In this document: in pieces, positions 12,001 through 24,541 of the stretch
Position numbering within the stretch: the stretch's first letter is position 1
How the letters are laid out: every line of letters begins with the position of its first letter
DNA from: Plasmodiophora brassicae
Lineage: Eukaryota
Length of the DNA stretch: 64,000 nucleotides
NCBI GenBank assembly: GCA_036867785.1
Contig: CP145424.1
Coordinates: 1-64,000 of the forward strand
Reading direction: 5' to 3'
Notes under the pieces: generated by a model
Told to the model about the DNA's origin: nothing
The model's database searches: none
Seen by the model: only the letters and a program-made list of their open reading frames with translations
Translations under genes and position numbers: made by a program

Positions 12001-12350
12001 CAAACGATGACTCGTACCTGTCCTCGAGGTGCAACGGCTTACGGCGCAGACACTGGCAGGGCACGCGGTCGCGACAGGTCGTCGGCGATCGGCGAGGTGC
12101 GATGGTGAACATCGTGGCGTATCGGGAAGCCGTGTACGGCGATGTAGTGGGCGGCGTCGACCACCGGCTTGGTCGTCGGATCGTCGGCGATTGGCAGGGG
12201 ACGTGGGCGATCGGCTGCATCGTCAGCGTCGTCAGTCGCAGCGCAACACGGAGTCGGCGACTGATTCACGCCGACACGGCATCCGTCGGCCGGAGACGCG
12301 ATGTCGTCCACAGGTCCCATACTGCCGCCACCGGCGTGGGCGAAAGCTAA
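6100..12350. repeat. Degenerate subtelomeric tandem or segmental repeat family (~1.4-1.5-kb unit)
   Basis: Ordered shared motifs: TGACGCCAGGA at 6274, 9243 and 10718; CATCACATGTC at 9612, 9881 and 11135; GATGTAGTGG at 10124, 11526 and 12141 (variant at 6974). Confidence 0.75.
8147..9026 (+). pseudogene. Second, diverged USP-like copy with no recognisable Cys-box exon upstream (5'-truncated or inactive)
   Basis: Collinear with copy 1 (VMNPRLD..., HQHDADDF, GHDEGHYISWVKQ, KRVYRLLFYRC). The apparent frameshifts are resolved by GT-AG introns at 8305-8345 and 8698-8765. Confidence 0.65.
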
Positions 12351-12585
12351 AGCGGCAACGTTGCTCGGCAAAGGGGCTTAACGTCCCAAAAAACTGGGTC
12401 CATAAATGCGATTTTTTTGGGCCGATTTCTTCTTGCGTCATGCGTTGTCAGCTGTCAGACGGCCCTACTCATGGTCGCGTCGCACCAAGACGACAACAGG
12501 GCGAACGGCACCAGTCAGGGACGATGATGATGCGACGAGAAGAACGGCAAGAGCCACAACGCCAGCTGCCATTGTTCGTGGCACC

Positions 12586-13238
12586 TATGGAATTGTTGTA
12601 ATGAAGGGGTGTTTTTTACAAGCCTGTTTTTTACGTGTAAAATACACTACCCAGGAACCAACTTTACACTGTAAAATACAGGTAACGTAAGGGTTTCCCG
12701 ATCCGTCCCAGAGCCTTCGTTGCGCGTGCGCGTCGTCGTCGTCGGGGGCGAGCGGAATCACGAGCCCTGCAACCACGTGCACTCCCGGCTACGCGCTCGA
12801 CTATCGGGATGCAACGTCGAACAAGGAACTGGGATCGCATTAAAGTGCCCAGATGACTCGCCGTACAAAGATACGCGAGATGACTCCCTTCACACGTTGA
12901 ACCGGCCGGTCGCTTGCTTCGCCTAAGGCTCTTCGTCAAATTTGACGAAGAGCCAGACGATGATTCCGATGACGAAGACGCAACTCGACTGGAGTTCGCA
13001 GGGTTCGTTGGCATTGCCGAGCCAGGCACACTTCCCGAGGCGATTTCGGACACACACTTGTACCCCGTTGGTGACGAAGAGGTCATCGAATCTGGTCGGG
13101 TTGTCAGGACCGTGACCATGGTATGAAGGCGTACTGCGCGGGGGGCGCAGCCCCCTGCTGTTTTAAACATGTTTTTTACGTGTAAAATACATGTATTTTA
13201 CACTCAACCAGCCATTCTCTGTTTTTAACAATTCCATA
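12586..13238 (+). mobile_element. Non-autonomous hAT-derived DNA transposon (653 bp)
   Basis: 12-bp TIRs TATGGAATTGTT / AACAATTCCATA. Perfect 8-bp TSD GTGGCACC at 12578-12585 and 13239-13246. Subterminal repeat TGTTTTTTACGTGTAAAATAC near both ends. The internal remnant ASSSSG/GERNH..NHVHSRLRARLS resembles the hAT C-terminal dimerisation motif. Confidence 0.88.
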
Positions 13239-13504
13239 GTGGCACCCCGCACGAGACAATTAGCGTTATGACCTGCTGGTGTGCATCGTGGGACGGTCCT
13301 AGCGATGACGGCGGCGGCGGCGGCGACGGGCGCGCTGACCCGCCGTGACAGTGTACCGAGCAGCGATGCCGGGACCCGACGTGAAACATAAACACGTTCG
13401 CGACACTCCAGGACGTAAGCGAGCGCGCCGTCCCCCGCTGCTGCTGCTGCACCTGCTTGCCCTGGTGCGCTCTCCGATATCACCAATGCACACGGCAGGA
13501 CTCG

Positions 13505-14642
13505 TTATTGACGTGTACTCTGTTCCGCTTTGGCACGTTCGAGTTGTTGCAGGAGATCGCTGGATATTTGCAGGAGTTCCTCGTTCTCGCTCGTCTTCCG
13601 CGCCAGGGCGTCACGCAGCGCCCGGACGTCGCTGCCGTCGTCGCGGTCGCAATCGTCTTCCCGTTCGTCGAGCCGCCTTCTCAGGGCCGCCTCCTTCTCC
13701 ATGGCGTCGAAGATGCGCGTCTTGAGCGCGTTGTTCTCGTTGACCAGGTCCTGCAGACGGAGACCCAGGTCGGCGTGCTCCCTGACGACGCCCTCGACCT
13801 GCGCCTTCTCTTCGGCCAGCGCCCGGCACTTCTCCCGGCTCTCGATCAGCGCCGCCTTGAAGTGCTCGTTCCTGTCGAGCGCCTCCTGGTACTTGTGCTT
13901 CGTGGCGTCGATCTCCGCCTGTCACATGGCACGGGCGTCAGGAGCCGGGGCCAACACGCTCGGACGGGCACAGTGCCGCACGTACCTGGGCGGCGTCTGC
14001 GCGCGCCCGGGCGGCATCGAGTTCCGCCTGGAGGTGGTCGCGTTCGCTGGTGCGTTCGTCAATGGTGATCTGCTGCGAGTGGCACTTGGCCTGCGCGCGC
14101 TCCAGCTTGCTCTGCGCCTGCGCCTTCAGCGACTGGTACCGCTCCTGCCACAGGGCGGCATCGGCGCGCACGGCATCCCGCTCGGCAGCGGCGGCGTCGC
14201 GCGCCGTCTTCATCGCGTCGACCTCGTTCTGTGCGGCGTCCAGCATCGCCTGCGCCTGGGCGGCCTTGGCCTCCGCCTCCTTGGCCGAGGCGCGCATTCG
14301 GGCGATCTCGGCCTCGCGCAGCTCGTCCTTGGCACAGTGCTCCGACTTCGCCTGCTTCAGACTGCTCGCCACCAGATCGTACTCCTTCATGAGCTCGTCC
14401 AGCATCGTCTCCATCTGACGGAAATCGCCAGACAGCCGCGCGTTCTTCGCCGTCAGCTCGGCGATCGTCGCGTCGCGCGGATCAACGATCGACGCGCTGG
14501 ACGCTAGGCGATCCGCCAGGGCGCTGACGTCGACGGGGACGACCTCGCCGCACACTGCACACGTCTCGTGGCCGTCATCGTCACGGAAGAACGTCTCGAC
14601 GTTGGAGCACGACGGGCACTCCAGCTGCGCCAGCGACGTCAT
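13505..14642 (-). CDS. Coiled-coil protein with an N-terminal zinc ribbon and a TACC-like C-terminus
   Basis: CPSC...CAVC N-terminus, long heptad-rich region and C-terminal ALARKTSENEELLQISSDLLQQL resembling the end of the TACC domain. At least one intron near 13930-13985. Confidence 0.7.
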
Positions 14643-14909
14643 CGACCTCGATGTCGCATCCAAAAAAAATAACGACTGTACAAAACACACGACGCGACTG
14701 TGAAGCTACACGACGCACCGAGGCCCAGCATGAAGCACAGGAGGCAGTCAGGCACATCCCGCTGCACAAAGACACGCCGGCGCGGACGTTCCCTGCGACG
14801 AACTGCAGAGCGGCAGACTGGGTGGGCAGCGGCGGGGGGCGTGCGCGCGACTGCCCACATATTGTTATGCATAGGGGGAGCGATTATTTTATGGTCGCGA
14901 GGGGGCGCG

Positions 14910-16278
14910 TCAGGACGTTCCCGTGCCGCGCAGCGACGGCGACGGCGTGTCTGCCGCGTCGCTCTCAGAGGCGACCTCGGCCCGGTGCTTCCGCCGCATG
15001 CTGTGCGTACCGTTGCTGGCCGCGTCGACGAGTTTGACGGATTCCATGGGCGACCGGGCCGGGCTGGCATGCCGGTGCGGGGCGCGGCCGCTCATCTCAC
15101 CGTACTTCACGGACGCGTAAACGATCGATCCTGGGCGGGCGGCGTGTCAGCGGGCGCGCACGCTGCTCATAGGGGTGGCCTGCCGTGGTGGCGGAACGTA
15201 CCGATGACCGATAGCGTGACGCCGAACGCGTTCAGGGCGGAGAAGGGCGTGTCACGGAAGATGACGACGCCCAGCAGGAGGACGAGGATGTCCTTGAGCT
15301 GGCCGGTGACGGTCTGGGTCAGCGGGCTGTTGACCGACGTGTTCAGGAACACGGAGTAGTTGATGGCGAAGCCCAGGCTGCAGGACAGGATAAAGACACA
15401 CCTGCATAACGGCCCCGCTGTCATTCGCTCGGCGCCATCCACGATAAGGATCGGATCGAACCAGAAGGCGGCATTGTTGATGTCCTCGAAGTCGGCCATG
15501 TCCGCAAAGTCGTGGTTGAACAGGGAGATGACGACCAGGACCGGGGTGGATAGGATGGCGTTGTAGAACAGCATGCCGAACGCATCCAGGTTCAGCGTCT
15601 CCTTGTAGAACTTGATCAGCACAATGTAGATGGCTGTGGCCAGGCTGTTCGGCGCCGGGGTTTAGCAACAGCAATCGGGGCGATACAGCAACGGAGGCAC
15701 GCTGCCGTACGAACTTCGTAATGAACGCGAACAGGTACCCGACCGGGTCGTACGACAGGTCGGCAGCACCGGCCACGACGACGCCGAGCACCATGACAAC
15801 GGTCGACATGACAACTAGCCGCGTCGGCCGGTTATTCAGCAGGACGTATTCTGGAGAACCATCCATTAGCCATAGCAAACGAGAAAACAACGTCGCATAG
15901 GCCTATCGTACCTAGAACGAGGACGAGGATGATGCCGGTGCGGCGCAAGACGCCGAACATGACGAGGTTCGTGCCGCGCATGGCGGCGAACCCGCAGACG
16001 ACCATGATGAGGTACGATGCCGACAGGGGCCAGATCTGCCCGACGACATCGATCGAGAAGCGCGGCAGCGTCACAAGACCGTACGCGCTGAAGGCCTGCA
16101 GGAACACGATCGCCGAGACGAACTGGCCCAGGCCGAGGATGCGCGTCTGGCTGAACGCGAACGAATAGAACAGGGCCTTGTTCAGCAGCGTCAGCGCAAT
16201 CGAGACGACCGCGTACAGCGACGCCGCCGACACCGACACGATCAGGCGTCGGCGCGTGGCCGGCGACGATGGCAGCAT
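14910..16278 (-). CDS. Nucleotide-sugar transporter (SLC35D/TPT-like family), multi-exon
   Basis: Hydrophobic exons SIALTLLNKAL, GMLFYNAILS, NYSVFLNTSVNSPLTQTVTGQLKD and terminal GSIVYASVKY. Confidence 0.9.
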
Positions 16279-16315
16279 TCGGTCGTCGATTAGCACGCCA
16301 TCGACGCCGTGCGTC

Positions 16316-16340
16316 TGTGTGTGTGTGTGTGTGTGTGTGT
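16316..16340. repeat. (GT)n microsatellite
   Basis: About 12 GT units just upstream of the transporter gene. Confidence 0.9.
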
Positions 16341-16661
16341 ACGAACCGCCGGGCGCTCGCCCGCTGCCGCAACAGACCCAGTCCAGACTGCGAAGGCAGA
16401 CCTGAAAATAGGTAGGCCGACCCACCGCCCGTCACTGGGGGCTACCACCATCAGCGCCCGCGTTGGGCTGTGCCGGCGCAGGGCCACCTACGTACGAACC
16501 CATACGGCGAACGGGACACATTGCCTGCCAGCTCGGCGCCCGCCCGAGCATCGTCCGCAGCCCAGGCGAACGAACGAGAAGAAGGGTGAACAGACGGTGG
16601 CACTGTAGGGATTCGGGGTCTGTATAATGAGGACGCGTACGTGGGGCACGAACGACGGCCT

Positions 16662-18713
16662 CTATGAGGGCGGCGGGGACGACGGTGCATCTACAATGGT
16701 CTGCGTCGGTCGGTCATCCTTCGCGTCGTCCTTCTTTGATCGGGCAACGATGCTCTCGACGGTGGGCACCTTTCTGTCCCATTGTTGCCACTGGAGGAGC
16801 TGGCCCGCCACGTCGACCGTCGCCTTGGGCGTCAGGTTACCCAGGACGGCGGCCCGCATCGAGATGACGAACTTGGCGATCTGCCGTCCGGACGATCCGT
16901 TCAGCAACTCGCTCAGTTCGGCATAGTCGGCGTCGCTGAACGCATGCACCGGCCGACGCTCGGCGCCATGCCACCATCGCCGAATCGGCCCGACGGAACC
17001 ATCCTCCACCATCAGGTATCGGTCGGCGAACAATTTCAGCATGCGCCGTCGCTCCTCGTCGTCCGGCAGGGTGAACTCGACGAACTCGTCGACACGATCT
17101 CGGACGGCCTCATCGAAACTGGGACGGAGGGCGCGTGTCAGGACAACGCCACGACGTCCGAACGAATACAAACGTACCTGCGAACTTCCATGTTGGACGC
17201 CAGGACAATCATGAACTTGTGGGAATCGGAACCGGTACGCTGGAGGAACGCAGACAGGATATGTCGGCCCTGCTCGCTGATGACATTGGCGTTATCGCGA
17301 CCCGCCCGCAGGAACGAGTCGGCCTCGTCGAAGAACAGGACAGCGCCCCGGGGCGACTGTTCGGCCCAGTCGAACAGCGCGTGCAATTCGGTAACGGCCG
17401 CCTGACCCAGCTGCGACAGGTCGCCGCCCGACACGATCGCATAGTCCATGCCGGAATCGGCGGCCAGCGCGCGCGCGAACAACGTCTTCCCCGTTCCTGC
17501 ATGAAAACGCATGGGTCAGCATGGAGCAGCAGTCGGGTGCACCATCAGAAAGCCCACCTGGCGGACCATGCAGAAGCACATGACGATGCGGCGAGTTGTG
17601 CTTGACAGCGGCCGCCGCCGTATCGGCGATCCAGGTCAGTCGCGATCTCAGGGCGGGAGGCAGGACGACCTGGTCGACGGCTTTGCCACCGGGGACGGCG
17701 CTCTGGACAGCGGCCGGCGACGTCGCCGTGCCGGCGAACCAATTTCGCGGCTTCAGCCAGTTCCGTCTGGACGTCTCCCGGACGAGATTCGGTCGGCCCA
17801 GCCGCGCCGACACGTACTTGCCGATGACACCGGTGCCGGCCCTGGCACCGTACACGCCCAGGGCCAGGGCGGTGACGGCAGCAACGCCTTGCGCGCATTT
17901 CACAGGGTCGGACGCGACCTCGTAGATCGACGACCCCATGGATCGGACGTTGCCGTAGTGGGCCGCCAGGACCGCCAGCCGTTCCTGCAACGACGCCTCC
18001 TTTTCCGCATGCAGGCGCCTGGTGGCGACGTCCTCGTTCAGGCGCTCCTGTTTGATGCGCCCGTCGGCCTCGGCCTCGGCGCGGACGCGAGCGGTCTCCT
18101 GGTCGATCTTGGCCTGTTTGGCGTACGCCGCCAGGCGCTGCGCCTCAATCGCGGCCGCGTTCTCCGCTTTGATTCGCTCCTGTTCGAGGAACTCCTCACG
18201 CTGCTTCCGCATCTGCTCCTCGTCGTACGCGCGTCTTTGCTGGAGCTGCTGCTCTTCCAGACGGGACTGCACCTTGGCCTTGTACAGGGCCGTCTGTTTC
18301 TCCTCCTGAAGACGCTCCATCTCGTTCTTCTTCCGCAGCTCATCCAGCTCCATCTGCGCCGACTTGGCATACTCGTTGTTACGGGCACGTGCCGACTCGA
18401 TCGCCGCCTGCGTTTCCAGCTGCTTCGTCATCTCCTGCGCCCGAGCCAGCTCCAGCGCTCGTTCGGCATGCGGTGACGTGTTCAGCTCGCGAATCGCGGC
18501 AACGCCCCGCTCCAGGGCAGTCGGATCGAACGCCTCGAACGAACCTGGGCTCTGCTTTGACTTCTTTGATGACGACGGTGGGGGCACTGGCGCATCGTCG
18601 GATGTCGTCAGCGACAACGGTGGCGGCATCGACGCCGGCACATCTGACGATGACGTCGGGGCGCCCGGGGCACCGCCGCCCAGCGCTTGTCGGATCGACG
18701 ACGTCCAGCCCAT
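16662..18713 (-). CDS. ATAD3: Mitochondrial AAA+ ATPase ATAD3
   Basis: FDPTALERG...ELNTSPHA N-terminal motif, coiled coil, [13 protein letters not shown], Walker A split by an intron ([12 protein letters not shown]) and Walker [11 protein letters not shown]. Confidence 0.93.
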
Positions 18714-19434
18714 GGTGACGACGCGGCGATGTGCAGTGAGCGGCACGGGCAGTGCGAAGGCGGACGCCACGGACTCCGTCACGGGCTCACGGCTCTCGAA
18801 TGGCACATCAGCGACCCCAGTGGCAGTTGCCCGTCACCAGTACGCACTCTTCCACATTGGCAGTAAGCTGTCGTCGACAGCTGGATGCAGCATGTGTCGG
18901 AAATTCGGGCAACGTATCCAATGCTGTCGACTCGAGACGGCTGCGGGTTAGGCTGCCCCAATTTGCTGACATTCTGAGGACTGCGGCCAACAGGGCGCCA
19001 GTCACGATGTTGACGTTAACGGCGAGGTCCCTTGTCACCACAAGGAATGGAAATTTGTCACTGCAGTATGCCAAATGCGTCCAGCTTGCAGCCCCATTTG
19101 TTAGCTAGTGTAGGTAGCAGAGCACGATCATTCGGTTCCGTTCGTGGCCGCGTGTCGTTCCAGCTGGAAAGCTGTTACCCCGCCAAGTCACGGGACAAGT
19201 GTTCGGGTGACCTGCGCCGCATTGTGGCGCGGTTCGTAGCACCGGCTCGCTCGATAGGCGGCAAAATTACGTATCCATGAGTCACGTCTGGCCTCCGAAG
19301 TCGGACGGTCACTGACCCAGCCGCGTCACTGCCGGAACAACGTCGTGACGTCATATCGATCACCGGATCCCTTGCGCGCGCTATTTCATGTGTACTCCAT
19401 TTGGAATCTCGTGTGTCGTGGGCAGACCGGGCTC

Positions 19435-19953
19435 ATGGCGTGCCACTATGGAGGGTATGCTCCCGCCATACCTGTCCCTGTCCGGGTGCCAGTGACGTTT
19501 GCCGCCCTTCAGCAGCGCACGTCATGCCCTTGCCCTTGTCCCTGCCCAGCGTGTCGTTCCAGATCTGGATTCGGCAGCGTTGGCCTGTACCGCTACGTTT
19601 CCGACAACCAAGATCGCCGGCGTCCAAATTTGGGAGACGGACCCACACCGGCCACGTGCATCGTAACCGCCGCAGACGCCAGCGAACAGCAATTAGAACC
19701 ACCGCTGAGGTCGGCGCCGGTGCCGTCTGAGGCGTCCACATCGACGTCCACAGGCAGGAGACAGGGGGACTGCCCGTTCGAGTGCGACATCTGCGGCAGG
19801 ATGTTCTCGCGCAAGTTCAACATGAACAGGCACAGGGCGACCCATGCGAGAGACCAGGGGCGCCATATTACAACGGTCAAGTATACTACAACGACATCAC
19901 TGGCTGGGGCACTGGACCGCGCCGACCGCGAGCCAGCGTCTTATCGTCATTAA
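19435..19953 (+). CDS. Small single C2H2 zinc-finger protein
   Basis: FECDICGRMFSRKFNMNRHRATH; the start and exon structure are uncertain. Confidence 0.75.
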   Translation: MACHYGGYAPAIPVPVRVPVTFAALQQRTSCPCPCPCPACRSRSGFGSVGLYRYVSDNQDRRRPNLGDGPTPATCIVTAADASEQQLEPPLRSAPVPSEASTSTSTGRRQGDCPFECDICGRMFSRKFNMNRHRATHARDQGRHITTVKYTTTTSLAGALDRADREPASYRH

Positions 19954-20413
19954 ACGGGATCGTCTTACCTGCACCCCGTTGCGTTGGGCCAGCTGGCTCA
20001 CTGGTGTCGAAGTATATCCCATTGCACTGGCTGGGGTCGAACTTTATGCAGTTGTCTATTAGGTGGCGCCTGGGCTCATATTTCCCCACGTTCTTGTAAC
20101 GACGTGCCGGACGCAGCTACGTACCGTGCCGACCGGTTCCACGTTGCAGCTCGACTTGGGGTGGGTCACGTGAGCACTGCGCAGAGGGAGGCCCGCCCCG
20201 GGGCGCCGCAAAATGCGGCATTTCACCGTGCGGACGTACTAATTTTTTTGCCGTCGAGTGATGCCGCCGCCGCACCGGTGGCGTTGAAGCATTGGGCAAC
20301 CGTCCGCGTCCGCCCGCCGGGGGGAGTCACGAGCTATTCGCCGCGATCGCGGCTCCCGGGTCGCGCGTCCCGCCCGCCCGCTGTGTTGATCGACGCGACG
20401 CCGTCGGTCGGCC

Positions 20414-22739
20414 ATGTACGACGAGATTGTAGAGATTGCGGAGAACAAGGCGTACCTGAACGCGGTTCGCAATGAGACGTATGGGCCCAACCTGGATCTG
20501 CTGCGGCGCTTCCCGGCCTATTCGTCGTTGGCCGATTACGAGAACGAGCTGCGTCAGCAGGACAAGCTCACGTTCTCGCAGATCTTCCATGAACCGATCG
20601 GATACTACCTGCTGAAGTGCTTCCTCATCGCCGACTATTCCGTCGACAAGGCCGTCTTCATCTCCGACTGCGAGCTCTTCAAGAAGATGAGGTACTGATT
20701 GGCCCCGTCATTTTATGCAACACCGCTCGCGTACACATACGAATTACGCGTCCGCTCGCAGGGATCCGTCCGCACGATTGAAGCTGGCGAAGCTGATCTT
20801 TGAACGATTCGTTGCGGATGACGGCGCAAAGTACCCCATGGGCGAATCCGTGTTTGAGCGCAGACGCAAACGCAGGGCATTGGGGCAGAGGAACACACTT
20901 ACCGATGGTACGACAATGTGTCACGTTCGTTGCCGATGGTTCTGTTTCCTTGTCATTATTCGCTTGGCTGCTGTTGGTTCGTCGATCCCCTCTCTTGTTC
21001 AAGTGCTAATTACGCTTTACTGTTACCTTTTGTGGCCAGGGCGTGAAGTAAACGCTGTCTGCTGTACTGCAGGTTTGTCGGACCCGGATGAAGGTTCTCT
21101 GAATAAGCTGTCGCTGCAAATCGGGAAGACGAATGCGATCGGTGTCTATGGGAAGGCCGTGAACGATGCGCGCGAGCGGCTGGCGAAGGGTGACGCCCCC
21201 AAGACGCTGTTCGACGAGATTGCACAGGAGGTGCTGAACGACCTACGGCTGGACGTGTTCCCAAGGTTCTCGAACAGCGAATTCTTTGAGAAGTACATCA
21301 GGGCAAAGAGCCTGGAGCGGATCGAGGTCACCCATAAGGATTTCACCATGCTTCGCGTCCTTGGCCGAGGTGTGTCGTTCGTTGCCGCCCCGCCCGACTG
21401 CATTGCTGATCTGAGATTGCCTATGCATAGGGGCATTTGGGGCGGTTACCGCGTGCGTTAAGAACGATACTGGGAAGTTGTATGCCGCGAAGTGCATCGA
21501 CAAGAGGCGCGTCATGGCGACCGATGCGGTCGACAGCATCATGTCCGAGCGCAACCTGCTCGCCATGATGGACAGCAACTTTGTCTGTTGCCTGAAGTAC
21601 GCCGTTCAGGATAACGATACGTTGTATCTCATGTACGTGTGTTTGCTGGTCGGCGCCTCTGGTGCCTGCATTGTTCATCGCTCATCCGTGTAACGGCTAG
21701 GTTGGATCTTATGATGGGCGGCGATCTGAAATACCATCTGAACAAGGAGGTCGTCTTCTCCGAGACGCGGTCCCGATTCCACGCGGCCGAGATCCTGCTC
21801 GGCCTGGAACATTTGCATTCGAAGTCGATCATCTACAGGCCCGTCATTCCCCGAATGGGATTCGCCCACACGTATTGATTGACCGTTCTCCGATGCAGGG
21901 ACGTGAAGCTGGAGAACGTGCTGCTGGACGAGAAGGGCCACTGCCGTATATCGGACCTTGGCCTCGCTGTGCTGACGAAGGGGCGCGTGAAAGGTTACGC
22001 TGGCACGCCTGGTTATACAGCACCCGAAGTCATCGTGATGCAGCCGTACGACAAGGCGTGTGACTTTTTCAGCTATGGCGTCATGGTCTATCGGTTCCTG
22101 TCTGGGAAGGTAGCGTCGGCCCTGCCCATTCGCCTGCAACGGGTGCCCAGCTGAACAAATTGTCTGATCAGAAACCGTTCGGCCCGCATACGGGTTCGAC
22201 CGACCTGGACAAGAACGTTCTCAATGCGGAAGTGGAGTACAGCGACGAGTACTTTTCATCGACGGCCAAGTCGCTGCTGCAGGGGCTCCTACAGAAGGAC
22301 CCGACGCAGCGTTTGGGCGTCCGCGGCATCGACGAGATCAAGCAGCACCCGTGGTTCGACTCGGTCGACTGGGGCTTGCTTGAAGCCGGCTATCTATCGC
22401 CGCCGTTCGTCCCCAAGGTAACGTCCCGCTGGGATCGTTGCCCGCCCGTACTGATGGTGCACGATGATATGTCAGCTGGATGAGGTGAACGCGGAATCGA
22501 TGCGGCACATGGGGCGATCGACGAACGACGAGAAGTATAGGAAGGTTCGGCTGACGGACGAGTTCCAGAAATCGCTGAGCAACTTCCCGTTCAAGTCGTA
22601 CCACGCCCTGCAGCGCGAGATCGTCGAGGTCCTCGAGCGGGCCGACGAGGGCGTCAACTTTGAGAAATTCGCGCCCAAGCCGCCCGCCCCGGAACCCGAC
22701 GTGAAACCGCGCTCGACCGGCTGCTGCTCTCTACAATAA
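20414..22739 (+). CDS. GRK: G-protein-coupled receptor kinase-like protein (RGS-homology domain + AGC kinase + CaaX)
   Basis: N-terminal [11 protein letters not shown]-like [14 protein letters not shown]...[12 protein letters not shown], kinase motifs [35 protein letters not shown] and [11 protein letters not shown]; ends CCSLQ. Multi-exon. Confidence 0.9.
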
Positions 22740-23174
22740 TATCCGTATGTCACTGTTCATAAAGACCTATCCAGTGCAACGATCGCCGGTCCTTGACGCA
22801 ATGCGGTTGTCGCCCAACAGACTGCCTTCCTGGTTGGTAGTAACCTGTTGTTGTTGCCAGCCTCGTTTCAGCGTGTTTGGCGCGCGGGATTTTCGTGCCC
22901 GCCGTTGTTTTTTGGCGGGGAATTGACGGCCCCAGGCGACGCGCTCGACGTGGTGCGACGGAGTGGTTGCCGCTGGTCGAGACCGACCCTGGTTGCACCG
23001 CACTCAGTCCCGCTGCCGGCGTCTGGGACGGACGACACGGGGAGCAAGATAGGCAGAGCGCGCGCGCGACTTTCCCGCGTGAACGCAACCCACCGTGTTG
23101 CGGTTGCCCACTTGGGGAACCCCGTCGTGCTCGACCTGCGCGAACGCCGTCGTCCGCCGTACGACACACACATC

Positions 23175-24416
23175 ATGACGGCCGTGGACGACTACGAACA
23201 GATGGGTGTCGTCGGTGAGGGCGCGTTCGGGCGCGTCACCAAGGTGCGCCGCGTGTCCGACGGACAGGTAGGCGGCGCGATTCGCCAAACAAAGGACGGC
23301 GTTCCTGACGCGCGCAGGTCCTGGTCTGGAAGGAGATCCACTTCGGGACCATGTCCGACAAGGAGAAGGCCATGCTGGTCGACGAGGTCAACTTCATGCG
23401 TCAGCTGGCGTCGCACCCGCACGTCGTCCGGTACCACGACCGCGTGATCGACCGGCGGCGCAGGACCATCTTCATCGTCATGGAGTACTGCGCCGGCGGC
23501 GACCTGGCCGCCGTCATCCGCCTGCATCGCCTGCAGCGCACGTTCTTCGACGAACCCTTCATCTGGAGCATCGTCGGCCAGGTCGGCGGCGCCCTGCAGG
23601 CCTGCCACCGGGCCGGCATCCTGCACCGCGACCTGAAACCGTCCAACATCCTCCTGGGTACGTCACACGCGTGCGCGCGCCTGCGTCCCTGTCCCCCTCC
23701 TGCTGACGACGATCGGTTGCAGATGCGGACCACCGGTGCGCCAAGCTCGGCGACTTCGGCCTGGCGCGCGTCCTGGCCGACTCCCAGCAATGCGCCCGGT
23801 CGCACGTCGGCACGCCGTCGTACATGTCGCCGGAACAGGTTGGCCTGTGTTCGCCTCGCCCTGGGCGGCGCCGTCTAACGGACCGCGTCTGCCCGTTCAG
23901 GTTCGCGAAGGGTCGTACGACGCCAAGTGCGACATCTGGTCGTTCGGGTGCCTGCTGTACGAGATGGCGTGCCTGGAGGCGCCGTTCCGCGCGTCGAACC
24001 AGCTGGCGCTGGCGGCGAAGATCGCAGCGGGTCGGCACGCGCCGCTGCCGACCCGGTACAGCGCCCGGCTGCGTCGCCTGGTCGAGTCGATGCTCGATGT
24101 CGTGCCGCACAGGCGCCCGTCGATTGATCAGGTGCTGGCCGCCGCCTGCCCCGGCGCGGACGATGCGACCGCCGTCCTGGAAGAGCGCCTGCGCGAACGC
24201 GAACGCATGCTCGATGAGCGCGAGGCCGGCCTGGACCGTCGCGAGCGGGACCTGGACCGACGGGAACGCGCCCTGCTGCTGATGGATCCGTCCATGTACG
24301 ACGACGAGTTCCGCACGCCGAAGCAGGAGAAGCGGGCGGTGCCGCGCGTCGGCGGCGTTCGCCACGACCTGCTGGCGCAGCTCAACCGGCGCCTCACCAT
24401 ATCGCCCATCAAATGA
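23175..24416 (+). CDS. NEK: NIMA-related kinase (Nek2-like)
   Basis: GEGAFG, LVWKEI, EKAMLVDEVN, HRDLKPSN, LGDFGLAR, VGTPSYMSPEQ and YDAKCDIWSFGC, followed by a coiled-coil tail; three introns. Confidence 0.92.
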
Positions 24417-24541
24417 CAACTGAACGTTTGCCTAATTATAAACATGTTCACACCGCGTTGCGACGCCACGTCTGCTGCGACCGTACGTGCATGGCTGTAT
24501 ACGAGAGACGCGGTGCAACGGCGGCAGCTAGGGGAACGGGT

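Noticed and set aside
12579-13245. Alternative reading as a 6-bp TSD or CACTA element
   Set aside because: Shifting the ends by one base gives a perfect 8-bp TSD consistent with the hAT remnant, and the left end is not CACTA.
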